DNA of 64,000 bases from Convolutriloba macropyga (Eukaryota): the NCBI RefSeq assembly GCF_964194025.1, contig NC_134472.1, forward strand, positions 48,422,001-48,486,000, given 5' to 3'. Position numbers and translations under genes: made by a program. Of this stretch, positions 63,894-64,000 are shown piece by piece. The notes under the pieces are model-generated. The model worked only from the letters and a program-made list of their open reading frames with translations, did no database searches and was not told the origin of the DNA. The first letter of the stretch is position 1. Each line of letters begins with the position of its first letter.

Positions 63894-64000
63894 TTGGACA
63901 TTTGAAAAAAATATTCCTCAATTTGTAACCTTTTTAATCAAAGTATTCAAGTTCTTGTTGAACAAGCGTGGCACAGTTTTCAAGTTATACTACTGCGAAA

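Overview
AT-rich eukaryotic (probably animal) genomic DNA with spliceosomal introns, dominated by repeats. (1) 1-14767, minus strand: a >14.7 kb Ty3/gypsy-order (PR-RT-RH-IN) LTR retroelement that runs off the left edge. It has a putative 5' LTR and PBS, two leader splice donors, a gag-pol frame broken by one nonsense codon and two frameshifts, a ~2.8 kb non-coding spacer, and a chain of overlapping accessory ORFs. It ends in an envelope-like ORF (998 to <1, missing from the ORF track) with a signal/anchor, an RNKR furin site and a YDC...C...QLL...C motif resembling chuvirus/Monjiviricetes-type class III fusion glycoproteins. This complex endogenous-retrovirus-like element is the main candidate novel system. 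(2) A 3-exon gene for a secreted PA-domain protein (16575-21112, +). (3) MITEs, plus an old, complete, degenerate Mag-like Gypsy element (25113-31183, TSD GGTAC) inserted in a large duplicated repeat complex (about 23.3-43.7 kb). (4) A 4-exon DUF229-family gene with an unusual multi-TM N-terminus (44130-55981, -) whose 8.4 kb intron holds a dead PHD-EN-RT LINE. (5) A dead CR1-like LINE whose RT region has been amplified into a five-unit ~1.09 kb tandem array (about 58.4-63.9 kb). All family assignments are by motif recognition only; no searches were run.
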